Shown in pieces: positions 9,295 to 17,018 of a stretch of DNA of 32,000 nucleotides. The translations under genes were made by a program, and so were the position numbers. Under the pieces are notes generated by a model. The model had not been told where the DNA came from, did not search any database, and worked only from the letters and a program-made list of their open reading frames with translations. Source of the stretch: Pseudomonas aeruginosa (GTDB lineage: Bacteria > Pseudomonadota > Gammaproteobacteria > Pseudomonadales > Pseudomonadaceae); the NCBI RefSeq assembly GCF_001457615.1, contig NZ_LN831024.1:2700001-2732000 (forward strand). The letters are read 5' to 3'. The number at the start of each line of letters is the position of its first letter. Position 1 is the stretch's first letter.

Positions 9295-9813
9295 ATGTCC
9301 GCCCCGATCCTTCTCAGCGCCCACCATCGCGCCATGCATGCGCTGTACAGCGAGCACCATGGCTGGTTGCAGAACTGGCTGCGCGGCAAGCTGGGCTGCG
9401 CGGCGGACGCGGCGGACCTGGCCCAGGACACCTTCCTGCGCATCCTGCTCAAGCGCGAACTGCGCGAGATCGGCATGCCGCGCGCGTTCCTGCGGACCAT
9501 CGCCCGCGGCCTGGTGATCGACCACTGGCGTCGCGAGGAACTGCAGCGCGCCTACCTCGAAAGCATCGCCCACCTGCCCGAGGCACAGGCGCCGTCGCCC
9601 GAGGCGCGGGAACTGGTGCTGGAACTGCTGGAGGAAATCTCGCGGATGCTCGACGGGCTCAAGCCGAAGGTCCGCACCGCCTTCCTCCTGGCCCAGTGCG
9701 AAGACCTCAGCCACCGGCAGATCGCCGAACGCATGGGGGTTTCCCAGCGTAGCGTCGAGCGCTACGTGGCCGAGGCGCTGTACCACTGCTACCTGCTGCG
9801 CTACGGCGAATGA
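9295..9813 (+). CDS. foxI: Iron-starvation ECF sigma factor (FecI-type), ferrioxamine system
   Basis: Track ORF 9013..9813, trimmed to the ATG at 9295 (172 aa, MSAPILLSAHH...). It has sigma-70 region 2 (DLAQDTFLRIL) and region 4 (LSHRQIAERMGVSQRSVERYV). A FecR-type anti-sigma gene and a TonB-dependent transducer gene follow. The gene name is assigned by synteny from memory. Confidence 0.85.
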   Translation: MSAPILLSAHHRAMHALYSEHHGWLQNWLRGKLGCAADAADLAQDTFLRILLKRELREIGMPRAFLRTIARGLVIDHWRREELQRAYLESIAHLPEAQAPSPEARELVLELLEEISRMLDGLKPKVRTAFLLAQCEDLSHRQIAERMGVSQRSVERYVAEALYHCYLLRYGE

Positions 9814-10808
9814 GCGGAGCCGTGGACGGGACGCGCGGTAGGGTCGACGAAGCGGTGGTCAGGCAGGCCATCCACTGGCTGGTCCGCCTGCGCTCGCAGC
9901 CGGCCGACGATCGCCTGCAGCGCGCCTGCGCGGCCTGGCGCGCGGAGCACGGCGAGCACGAGCGGGCCTGGCAGCAGGTCAGCGCGCTCAACGAAGAACT
10001 GCAAGGACGCTTCAAGGCGCTGCCCGGCGGGGTCGCCTACGGCACCCTGGACAGCAGCGCGCAGCGCCTGCAGCGGCGCCAGGCGCTGAAACTGCTGTCG
10101 CTGCTGGTGGCCGGCGGCGCCGTGGCCTGGGTCGGTCGCGATAGCCTGCCCTGGCAGCGCCTGAGCGCCGACTACAGCACCGCCACCGGCGAGCGGCGCA
10201 GTATCGAGCTGGTCGACGGCACCCGCCTGCAACTGAACACCGACAGCGCGGTCGACGTGCGCTACGACGCCGGCCAGCGCCTGATCCTCCTCGCCCGCGG
10301 CGAGATCTTCCTCGCCAGCGGCGCCGATACGCAATCGCCCACGCACAGGCCGCTGCGGGTACGTACCGCGCAAGGGCTGTTCGAGGCCCTCGGCACCCGT
10401 TTCAACGTACGCCTGCAAGATGCCGCCACCTGTCTCAGCGTCAGCGAGGGTTCGGTGCGCATCGATGCCTTCGGCGCGCGTCCGCTGCAGGCTCCGGTGG
10501 CCGAGGCGGGGCAGAGCTATCGGATCGCCGCCGACGGCGTGCGGCGCCTCGAACGGCCGCAGATGGACGCCGTGGCCTGGGCCGATGGCCTCATCGTCAC
10601 CCGCGACATGCGCCTGGCCGATTTCCTCGCCGAGGTCGCCCGCTACCGCAACGGCTACCTCGGCTGCGCCGCGGAGGTCGCCGACCTGCGCCTGTCCGGG
10701 GTCTATCGCCTGGACGACACCGACAAGCTGCTGCAGGTGCTCGCGCGGACCCTGCCGGTGCGCCTGCAGCGACATACCCGCTGGTGGGTGAGGGTGGTCG
10801 CCGCCTGA
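9810..10808 (+). CDS. foxR: FecR-type transmembrane anti-sigma factor / sigma regulator
   Basis: 332 aa, and the start overlaps the foxI stop (ATGA). It has an N-terminal sigma-binding region (AIHWLVRL), a central hydrophobic helix (LKLLSLLVAGGAVAWV), and a periplasmic FecR domain. Confidence 0.85.
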   Translation: MSGAVDGTRGRVDEAVVRQAIHWLVRLRSQPADDRLQRACAAWRAEHGEHERAWQQVSALNEELQGRFKALPGGVAYGTLDSSAQRLQRRQALKLLSLLVAGGAVAWVGRDSLPWQRLSADYSTATGERRSIELVDGTRLQLNTDSAVDVRYDAGQRLILLARGEIFLASGADTQSPTHRPLRVRTAQGLFEALGTRFNVRLQDAATCLSVSEGSVRIDAFGARPLQAPVAEAGQSYRIAADGVRRLERPQMDAVAWADGLIVTRDMRLADFLAEVARYRNGYLGCAAEVADLRLSGVYRLDDTDKLLQVLARTLPVRLQRHTRWWVRVVAA

Positions 10809-10860
10809 GTCGCGCCGGCGGCCGCGTGGACGCTTGCTTTCGTCCGGAGCGAAACGCACT

Positions 10861-10879
10861 GAAAATTATTTTCATTATT
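10861..10879. promoter_or_regulatory. Second Fur-like box, upstream of foxA
   Basis: GAAAATTATTTTCATTATT matches 14 of 19 positions of the Fur consensus. It is an AT-rich patch in otherwise GC-rich DNA, about 70 nt upstream of the foxA ATG. Confidence 0.45.
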
Positions 10880-10951
10880 TTTGTCGGCTTTCCGCGACTG
10901 GTCCGGCTTTACCGATTGAACACCCTTCAACGACTCCAACGGATCCCGTTC

Positions 10952-13414
10952 ATGACCGCCACCGCCGTCGTCCTCCGCAATGCCCCGTCGTCCCTCGATT
11001 TCCCCCGCGCCTCGCGCCTGAGCCGTTCGGTGCGCGCGGCCCTGCTGTCGTTGGCCATGGCGGCCGGCGCGGCGCCGCTCTGCGCCTCGGCCGCCGAAGC
11101 GGCGGCGGAACAGGCGCGGCCCTATGCGATCCCCGCCGGACAGTTGGGCGACGTGCTCAACCGCTTCGCCCGCGAAGCCGGCATCACCCTCTCGGCCACT
11201 CCGGCGCAGACCGGTGGCTACAGCTCCCAGGGGTTGCGCGGCAGTTTCACCGTGCAGCAGGGCCTGGCCCGGCTGCTCGCCAACACCCCGCTGGAAGCGG
11301 AAGACCAGGGCGACGGCAGCTTCGTCTTGCGCGAGGCGCCGGCAAAGGACGGCGATGTGCTGAACATGCAGGCGGTGGAGGTCTTCGCCCTCGGCAACAA
11401 CCTGGGCAGCACCGATGGCTACCTGGCCACCCATAGCCAGATCGCCACCAAGACCAGCAAGCCGCTGCTGGAAACCAGCCAGACCGTCTCGGTGATCACC
11501 CGCGAGCAGATCGACGACACCGCCTCCAAGACCGTGCAGCAGGCGATGCGCTATACCCCCGGCATCTTCACCGGCCAGGTCGGCGCCTCCAACCGCTACG
11601 ACTACGTGGTGATGCGCGGCTTCGCCGACAACAGCGTGGACAACATCTACCTCGACGGCCTCAAGGCCATGGGCGACAGCGGTACCTTCAGCTCGATGCA
11701 GGTCGACCCGTACTTCCTCGAACGCATCGATGTGCTCAAGGGGCCGTCCTCGGTGCTCTACGGCCGTAGCCTGCCGGGCGGCCTGGTGGCGCTGACCAGC
11801 AAGAAGCCGTTGTACGAGGACTACCGCCAGATCACCGGCAGCATCGGCAACATGGGCCAGAAGGAGATGGGCTTCGATTTCAGCGGGCCGCTCGACGAGG
11901 AGAAGCGCATCGCCTACCGCCTGATCGGTCTCGGCAAGGGCTCGGACACCCAGTTCGATCACGTCAAGGAGGAGCGCTACGCCATCGCCCCGACCCTGGC
12001 CATCGACTTCAGCGACGACACCACCCTGACCCTGCAAGGCTACCTGCAACACGATCCCAACGGGGGCTACCACGGCGGCGTACCGGCCGACGGCACCCTG
12101 TCGCACCACAACGGCCGGCACATCTCCCGCGAGTTCTTCGATGGCGAGCCGAGCAAGGACGACTTCGACCGCACCCAGCGGATGTTCGGCTACCAGCTGG
12201 AGCACCGCATCGACGACGTCTGGTCGGCGCGGCAGAACTTCCGCTACCTGGACTCCGACGTCGACCTGTCGCAGGTCTACGCCTACGGCTGGAGCGCCAG
12301 CGAGCCGAACAAGCTGAACCGCTACTTCAGCGGCGCCCGCGAGCACCTGCAGGCGTATATCGTCGACAACATGCTGCAGGCCGAATTCGCCACCGGCGCG
12401 GCGCGCCACACCCTGCTCACCGGCCTCGACTACCAGCGCCGGCGCACCGTGGTCGACTGGCGTTCCGGCTCGGCCTCGGCGCTGGACGCGTTCAACCCGG
12501 TCTACGGCGACGACGCCATCAGCTATTTCCCGGACGACAACCACACCCGCCGCCTGGAGCAGACCGGCGTCTACCTCCAGGACCTGATCGACATCGACCA
12601 GTGGCGCTTCTCGCTCGGCCTGCGCCAGGACTGGGTCAGCGTCACCGACAAGAACCGCAGCACCGGCAGCAAGGCCGACGACGACTGGGAGAAATTCACC
12701 GGGCGGATCGGCGCGCTGTACCTGTTCGACAACGGCCTGGCGCCCTACGTCAGCTACTCCGAGTCGTTCAACCCGAACGCCTATTCCGACGCCTCCGGCA
12801 CGCCCCTGGCGCCCACCGAGGGCAAGCAGTGGGAACTCGGCCTGAAGTTCCAGGCGCCGGGCAGCAACAGCTTCTACACCGCCTCGCTGTTCCATATCAC
12901 CCAGGAAAACGTCGCCTCCAAGGAACCCCAGGACAACTTCTACACCTCGGTCGGCGAAGTGCGCTCCCAGGGGCTCGAACTGGAGGCCCATACCCAGCTC
13001 AGCGACAACCTGAAACTGCTCGGCAGCTACACCTACACCGACATCACCTACACCAAGTCGCTGGACGGCAACCAGGGCCATACGCCGAACCAGGCGCCCA
13101 AGCACATGGCTTCGCTGTGGGCCGACTATGCCTTCGACGCCGGCCCGCTCAGCGGTCTGAGCATCGGCGGCGGCGCTCGCTACGTCGGCGAGACCTGGGC
13201 GGACAAGGAAAACACCTTGCGGGTGCCGGACTACACCCTGGTCGACGCGCGGATCGGCTACGACCTCGGCAAGCTCGGCCTGAAAGGCCTGGACGTCAGC
13301 CTCAATGCCAACAACCTGCTGGACAAGGACTACGTGGCGTCCTGCTACAGCCTGGACTTCTGCTACTTCGGCGAGAAGCGCAACGTCACCGCGACGGTGA
13401 ACTACCAGTTCTGA
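10952..13414 (+). CDS. foxA: TonB-dependent ferrioxamine receptor/transducer with N-terminal signalling domain
   Basis: Track ORF 10784..13414, trimmed to the ATG at 10952 (820 aa). It has a signal peptide, an STN signalling domain (YAIPAGQLGDVLNRFAREAGITLS), a plug (TSQTVSVITREQIDD), a 22-strand barrel region, and a C-terminal ..TATVNYQF. Confidence 0.9.
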   Translation: MTATAVVLRNAPSSLDFPRASRLSRSVRAALLSLAMAAGAAPLCASAAEAAAEQARPYAIPAGQLGDVLNRFAREAGITLSATPAQTGGYSSQGLRGSFTVQQGLARLLANTPLEAEDQGDGSFVLREAPAKDGDVLNMQAVEVFALGNNLGSTDGYLATHSQIATKTSKPLLETSQTVSVITREQIDDTASKTVQQAMRYTPGIFTGQVGASNRYDYVVMRGFADNSVDNIYLDGLKAMGDSGTFSSMQVDPYFLERIDVLKGPSSVLYGRSLPGGLVALTSKKPLYEDYRQITGSIGNMGQKEMGFDFSGPLDEEKRIAYRLIGLGKGSDTQFDHVKEERYAIAPTLAIDFSDDTTLTLQGYLQHDPNGGYHGGVPADGTLSHHNGRHISREFFDGEPSKDDFDRTQRMFGYQLEHRIDDVWSARQNFRYLDSDVDLSQVYAYGWSASEPNKLNRYFSGAREHLQAYIVDNMLQAEFATGAARHTLLTGLDYQRRRTVVDWRSGSASALDAFNPVYGDDAISYFPDDNHTRRLEQTGVYLQDLIDIDQWRFSLGLRQDWVSVTDKNRSTGSKADDDWEKFTGRIGALYLFDNGLAPYVSYSESFNPNAYSDASGTPLAPTEGKQWELGLKFQAPGSNSFYTASLFHITQENVASKEPQDNFYTSVGEVRSQGLELEAHTQLSDNLKLLGSYTYTDITYTKSLDGNQGHTPNQAPKHMASLWADYAFDAGPLSGLSIGGGARYVGETWADKENTLRVPDYTLVDARIGYDLGKLGLKGLDVSLNANNLLDKDYVASCYSLDFCYFGEKRNVTATVNYQF

Positions 13415-13461
13415 CCGTCCACCCGGGCCCCGGCGCCAGCGCCGCGGTACCGGCCAAGCAG

Positions 13462-13486
13462 CCCGGCGCGCGACGTACGCGCCGGG
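13462..13486 (+). terminator. Hairpin between foxA and foxB (attenuator or terminator candidate)
   Basis: CCCGGCGCG-cgacgta-CGCGCCGGG is a perfect 9-bp stem. No U-tract follows. Confidence 0.3.
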
Positions 13487-13531
13487 CATTCGCCGGCGTC
13501 GCCGGCCGTACCCTGGTTACCTGGAGCCCCC

Positions 13532-14680
13532 ATGCGCCCCGTCCTGGTCCTGCTGCACCGCTATGTCGGTCTGGCTACCGCGCTGTTCCTTTTCCTCGCC
13601 GGTCTCACCGGCAGCCTGCTGGCCTTCCATCATGAAATCGACGAATGGCTGAACCCCGGCTTCTACGCCGTGGGCGAGGGTGGCGAGCGCCTTTCCCCGG
13701 GCAGCCTGGTGCAACGCGTCGAGTCACGCTATCCGCGACAACTGGTGTGGTACATGGAGTATCCCGAGGCGGGCGGGCATCCGGCGTTGCTCGCCACCGT
13801 GCCGCGCGAGGCCGGCGCCAAGGTCGAGCACGACGTGTTCTACCTCGACCCGGTCAGCGGCGAGGAAGTCGGCAAGCGCCTCTGGGCGGCCTGCTGCTTC
13901 CAGCCGGCGAACCTGGTTCCCTGGGTCCTGGAGTTCCACCACAACCTGACCCTGCCGGGGAACTGGGGCCTGTACCTGATGGGCGGGGTGGCGATGTTCT
14001 GGTTCCTCGACTGCTTCGTCGGCGCCTGGCTGACCCTGCCGCGCGGCCGGCCGTTCTGGAGCAAGTGGACGACAGCCTGGAAGATCAAGCGCGGCAACGC
14101 CTACCGCTTCAACTTCGACCTGCATCGCGCCGGCGGCCTCTGGCTCTGGCTGCTGCTGGCGCCGGTGGCGCTGAGCAGCGTCGCCCTGAACCTGCCGAGC
14201 CAGGTGTTCAAGCCGCTGGTATCGCTGTTCTCGCCGATCGAACCGAGCGTCTACGAGGCGCGCGGGCGGCTGCCCAGGGAGCAACTGGGGGAGACCCGCC
14301 TGGACTACGACCGCACCTTCCAGTTGGCCAGCGTCGAAGCGGCGCGGCTGGGCATCGCCGAGCCGATCGGCGAGCTGTACTACAGCTTCGAATACAACTT
14401 CTTCGGCGCCGGCTTCGGCGACCACGACGACCCCATGGGCAAGTCCTGGCTGTTCTTCCACGGCAGCGACGGCCGCCTGCTAGGCCAGGAAGTCGCCGGG
14501 CAGGGCAGTTGGGGAGAGCGTTTCTACCGCTTGCAGTACCCGATCCACGGCGGGCGCATCGCCGGCCTGCCGGGACGCATCGCCATCGCCGCCCTCGGCC
14601 TGGCCATCGCCGGGCTGTCGCTGACCGGTGTCTACATCTGGTGGCGCAAGCGCCGGGCGCGCCACTGGAACGGCCGCTAG
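13532..14680 (+). CDS. foxB: PepSY-domain integral membrane protein (siderophore reductase family, FoxB)
   Basis: 382 aa with an N-terminal TM and further TMs (LHRYVGLATALFLFLAGLTG, HRAGGLWLWLLLAPVALS, C-terminal IAIAALGLAIAGLSLTGVYIWW), the PepSY_TM architecture. It lies directly downstream of foxA. The name is recalled from PAO1 PA2465. Confidence 0.8.
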   Translation: MRPVLVLLHRYVGLATALFLFLAGLTGSLLAFHHEIDEWLNPGFYAVGEGGERLSPGSLVQRVESRYPRQLVWYMEYPEAGGHPALLATVPREAGAKVEHDVFYLDPVSGEEVGKRLWAACCFQPANLVPWVLEFHHNLTLPGNWGLYLMGGVAMFWFLDCFVGAWLTLPRGRPFWSKWTTAWKIKRGNAYRFNFDLHRAGGLWLWLLLAPVALSSVALNLPSQVFKPLVSLFSPIEPSVYEARGRLPREQLGETRLDYDRTFQLASVEAARLGIAEPIGELYYSFEYNFFGAGFGDHDDPMGKSWLFFHGSDGRLLGQEVAGQGSWGERFYRLQYPIHGGRIAGLPGRIAIAALGLAIAGLSLTGVYIWWRKRRARHWNGR

Positions 14681-14726
14681 ACGGCTGTTAGTCTGGCTGC
14701 CTCCCACACCACCAGAGGATGGACGA

Positions 14727-15251
14727 ATGAACGCAAGGATCGCCGCATTGGGACTGCTCCTGCCCCTGGCCGCCGGCAGCGCCGTGGCCGCGGAGGAGGG
14801 CAGCTCGGTCAAGGACGCGGCCAAGGCCGCGGTGTCCTCGGCCATCGAGACTGGCAAGAACCTCCTCGGCGGGGTCAGCGAGGGCATCACCAGCGGCCGC
14901 CAGTCGGCCCAGGGCGCCGATGGCGCCAAGGTGGTCTCCGACAACGCCGGCTTCGCCGAGATCGGCCAGGTCGAAGTGCTCAAGACCGAGCCGCGCGACC
15001 AGCAACTGGCCGTCACCCTCGGCTTCAAGAACGACAGCGACGCCACCGTGCGCCTGATCAACCTGACCCAGACCGGCGCGCTGCTGGTGATCGACAACGA
15101 CGGCTACTCCAACGCCCTGGTCGCCCTCGCCAACCCCGACGACGTCACCGTCCCGGCCAAGGCCGGCATCCGCCAGACCTTCGTCTTCGAAGGCGGCGCG
15201 GAAGGGATCAAGGCGGTACGCCTGTGGGGCAAGGACCTGCCGGTGAAGTGA
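14727..15251 (+). CDS. Secreted/periplasmic hypothetical protein
   Basis: Track ORF 14628..15251, trimmed to the ATG at 14727, which follows a GAGGA Shine-Dalgarno. It has a signal peptide, MNARIAALGLLLPLAAGSAVAAEE. I recognise no domain. Confidence 0.6.
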   Translation: MNARIAALGLLLPLAAGSAVAAEEGSSVKDAAKAAVSSAIETGKNLLGGVSEGITSGRQSAQGADGAKVVSDNAGFAEIGQVEVLKTEPRDQQLAVTLGFKNDSDATVRLINLTQTGALLVIDNDGYSNALVALANPDDVTVPAKAGIRQTFVFEGGAEGIKAVRLWGKDLPVK

Positions 15252-15268
15252 GAGGCGCGTCGCGCCTC
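15252..15268 (+). terminator. Palindromic hairpin immediately after the stop codon
   Basis: GAGGCGCG-t-CGCGCCTC starts 1 nt after TGA 15249-15251. No U-tract follows. Confidence 0.3.
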
Positions 15269-15293
15269 CATCCCTTTCCTGGCCAGCGCTGCC

Positions 15294-15375
15294 GTAGGGT
15301 GAATAACGCCAAAGGCGTTATCCGCCGATACCCCGCTACATTGGCGGATAACCGCGGTGCGGTTATTCGCCCTAC
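15294..15375. repeat. Inverted pair of REP-type palindromic elements (BIME-like) at the left edge of the island
   Basis: The first unit is GTAGGGTGAATAACGCC-aaa-GGCGTTATCCGCC. The second unit is the inverted GGCGGATAACCGC-ggt-GCGGTTATTCGCCCTAC. A related hairpin occurs at 25178..25205. Confidence 0.75.
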
Positions 15376-15387
15376 TTCCTTCCCGCG

Positions 15388-15624
15388 TTACCTGTCTTCT
15401 ATAACAACAGACTGTGCTCCTTCGAATCCACTTAACCAATGTGGTTCATCAAGAGCATACTCGGTAACAGTAAAACCGTTAGGGGATTCTTTGAATCCTG
15501 AAAGTTCTAGATATTTGGAAATTTCTGAGTTTGCCTTGGTCTTTGTACGGAATATTCCTAGAATCTTATAACTTTCGCTCTCGGAGTTTCCGTATGTGTG
15601 GTGAAGTATGAATACGCTGCTCAT
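15388..15624 (-). CDS. Small cytoplasmic hypothetical protein (78 aa), orphan immunity-protein candidate
   Basis: Low-GC ORF and the last gene of the island. Its sequence is MSSVFILHHTYGNSESESYKILGIFRTKTKANSEISKYLELSGFKESPNGFTVTEYALDEPHWLSGFEG. From memory, this resembles a widespread 70-80 aa family (V[FY]xLxHxY...K-IG[IV][FY]...pGF...F.i.E[YC].ld...W.eGF) seen in toxin-immunity neighbourhoods. Confidence 0.5.
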   Translation of the reverse strand: MSSVFILHHTYGNSESESYKILGIFRTKTKANSEISKYLELSGFKESPNGFTVTEYALDEPHWLSGFEGAQSVVIEDR

Positions 15625-15758
15625 CGTATCTCTGTTTTCCCAAAAATTGAGTTATTTGGATCTGTCAAGAAAGGCAAAGGGGCGAGAAAATAAATATGTT
15701 TATTTCCTCTTTATAGTATAGGGTTTTCCTCTGTCTCTGGAGTTCTTTGTGTCTGGCT

Positions 15759-16127
15759 TTAGTTGGTGCTTGGGTAGCCATTTATTTCTACGGAAAGTTT
15801 CATTTCATGGATTTTATTGATCATTTTTTTTGAAAGGTGGAAAGGAAATATGACGGTTTCATCTGTATTGTAGTAAATTGCGATTCTAAAGATTAGGTTG
15901 CTAATTTCTTCCTCATTAGTCATGAAGGTCAAGCCCTTAAGGAAGGAGTAAGCATTATTTTCAAATTCCATCCAGTTAGAGAAGCTGAAGTCATCCGTGG
16001 ATACTGAGATAGTGCTATTTTTCTTGTTTTTGAATGTGTGTCGGATGGGTAGGCTTGTGATAAATGAAGGAAGGTCAAATTTTAGACTAGGGTTGGCAGT
16101 TATCTCTAATGTGCATTCAAATGACAT
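15759..16127 (-). CDS. Small hypothetical protein (122 aa), orphan immunity-protein candidate (DUF4279-like by eye)
   Basis: A very AT-rich ORF with a GGAGA Shine-Dalgarno 5 nt upstream of the ATG at 16127. It has no signal peptide or TM segment. Its overall pattern (N-terminal ..LEI....F....I...L.I, C-terminal I.I.Y..DE...F.L....I..I.E..L.V.I.GY) recalls DUF4279-type proteins. This assignment is tentative. Confidence 0.5.
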   Translation of the reverse strand: MSFECTLEITANPSLKFDLPSFITSLPIRHTFKNKKNSTISVSTDDFSFSNWMEFENNAYSFLKGLTFMTNEEEISNLIFRIAIYYNTDETVIFPFHLSKKMINKIHEMKLSVEINGYPSTN

Positions 16128-16144
16128 TTTTTCTCCGAATTCGT

Positions 16145-16310
16145 GAATAAAGGGGCGGATTTATTTTATCTACTCTAAATTTTCTGAGCATGGAGGCTCC
16201 TGCGCAGATGCTGTAAGGGAACTTCCCGATGCCTAGGCAGGAGCGAGTGGTTTAGCGTGGGCAGTCGCTGAAATTATAGTGGTAAAAATAGATCTTTCCC
16301 CTTTTCCCAG
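16145..16310. mobile_element. MITE-like inverted-repeat element, copy A
   Basis: The core 16152..16301 starts with GGGGCGGATTTATTTTATCTACTCTAAATTTTCTGAGC. Its far end, in reverse complement, reads GGGGAAAGATCTATTTTTACCACTATAATTTCAGCGAC. These form imperfect terminal inverted repeats of about 38 bp beginning GGGG. The element is homologous along its length to copy B. Confidence 0.6.
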
Positions 16311-16332
16311 AAGCTCTATCTTTAGAGCTTTC

Positions 16333-16665
16333 TCAGTTTTTTATTGTGAACTGTAAAGTCATCAAAGCGATGAGTGCAATAATTAAGGTGAGGCAAGTTG
16401 ATTGCAGGTAAAGGAGTTGCCTCCCTCTTTTCCTGATTTCTTTATTTTTCAAGGAATTGTATTGCTTTCGGAATATAAATTTCTCAAGCTTGAAGTCGTC
16501 TATTTTTACTAGATAGGATAAGAAATACCCTGATGGCCTGCCAAGCTTCTCCCAGGTGTTTAGCTCTTCTTTCTTTAAAATTCTTATGAATGTTGTTCTT
16601 TTTAGCTCTAAGACTACCAGAGTGATGGCGCACAGAACTGCTATTATGTTGTAGAGGCTACTCAT
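16333..16665 (-). CDS. Small two-TM membrane protein (110 aa), orphan immunity-protein candidate
   Basis: It has a GAGGGAAG Shine-Dalgarno upstream. There is an N-terminal TM (LYNIIAVLCAITLVVL) and a C-terminal TM (LTLIIALIALMTLQF), with a Lys-rich loop between them. The ORF is AT-rich. Confidence 0.55.
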   Translation of the reverse strand: MSSLYNIIAVLCAITLVVLELKRTTFIRILKKEELNTWEKLGRPSGYFLSYLVKIDDFKLEKFIFRKQYNSLKNKEIRKRGRQLLYLQSTCLTLIIALIALMTLQFTIKN

Positions 16666-16788
16666 TGCCGCTTCCCTCTTTTTCGCAGCTTGGCTCTCTA
16701 TTTCGCTCTTGGCTGCAAGATGCTCCGCAGATCATTACTATTTTGCTATTGCATACTACCCCTTGCTCCAGGAATAAAGGAGTAAAAG

Positions 16789-16989
16789 AATAAAAGGGGC
16801 AGATTTATCTTCCCTGCTCTAATGCTCTGAAAAGGAGGTCCTAGACGCCGTAAGGGGACTCCGCGATGCCTCGGTAAGGGCGATTGGTTTAGCGAGTTAT
16901 TCGCTTTGAGTGGTTTAGCGTGAGCGGTTGCTGAGATTATGGTAGTAAAAATAAATCTGTCCCCTTTCCCACGGTCCCCTTTTCTCACG
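16789..16989. mobile_element. MITE-like inverted-repeat element, copy B
   Basis: The core 16796..16964 starts with GGGGCAGATTTATCTTCCCTGCTCTAATGCTCTG. Its far end, in reverse complement, reads GGGGACAGATTTATTTTTACTACCATAATCTCAGC. It carries an internal duplication of the TGGTTTAGCG segment and a tandem duplication of the right terminus (GTCCCCTTTCCCACG / GTCCCCTTTTCTCACG). Confidence 0.6.
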
Positions 16990-17018
16990 GGTGTTGTACT
17001 CAGTTTTTGTGGTCGCCG

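Noticed and set aside
10703-13489. 928-aa minus-strand ORF opposite foxA; similarly 4449..6536 (+) opposite the MFS gene and 6623..8215 (+) opposite the FAH and gtdA genes
   Set aside because: The sense-strand genes have unmistakable family motifs. The antisense translations are low-complexity and Arg/Ala/Gly-rich, and they lack motifs.
15224-15571. 115-aa plus-strand ORF crossing the REP pair and island boundary; also 15104..15439 (-)
   Set aside because: They span non-coding REP palindromes and a compositional boundary. They have no Shine-Dalgarno and no motifs.
16746-16988. 80-aa minus-strand ORF
   Set aside because: It lies entirely within MITE-like copy B. The homologous copy A has no equivalent ORF, the ORF has no Shine-Dalgarno, and its sequence is low-complexity.
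15388-17018. Integron gene-cassette array (small co-oriented promoterless ORFs separated by imperfect inverted repeats)
   Set aside because: No intI or attI is in the window. The repeats are longer than typical attC sites and I could not find RYYYAAC/GTTRRRY core sites at their ends. A MITE-like element is the better description.
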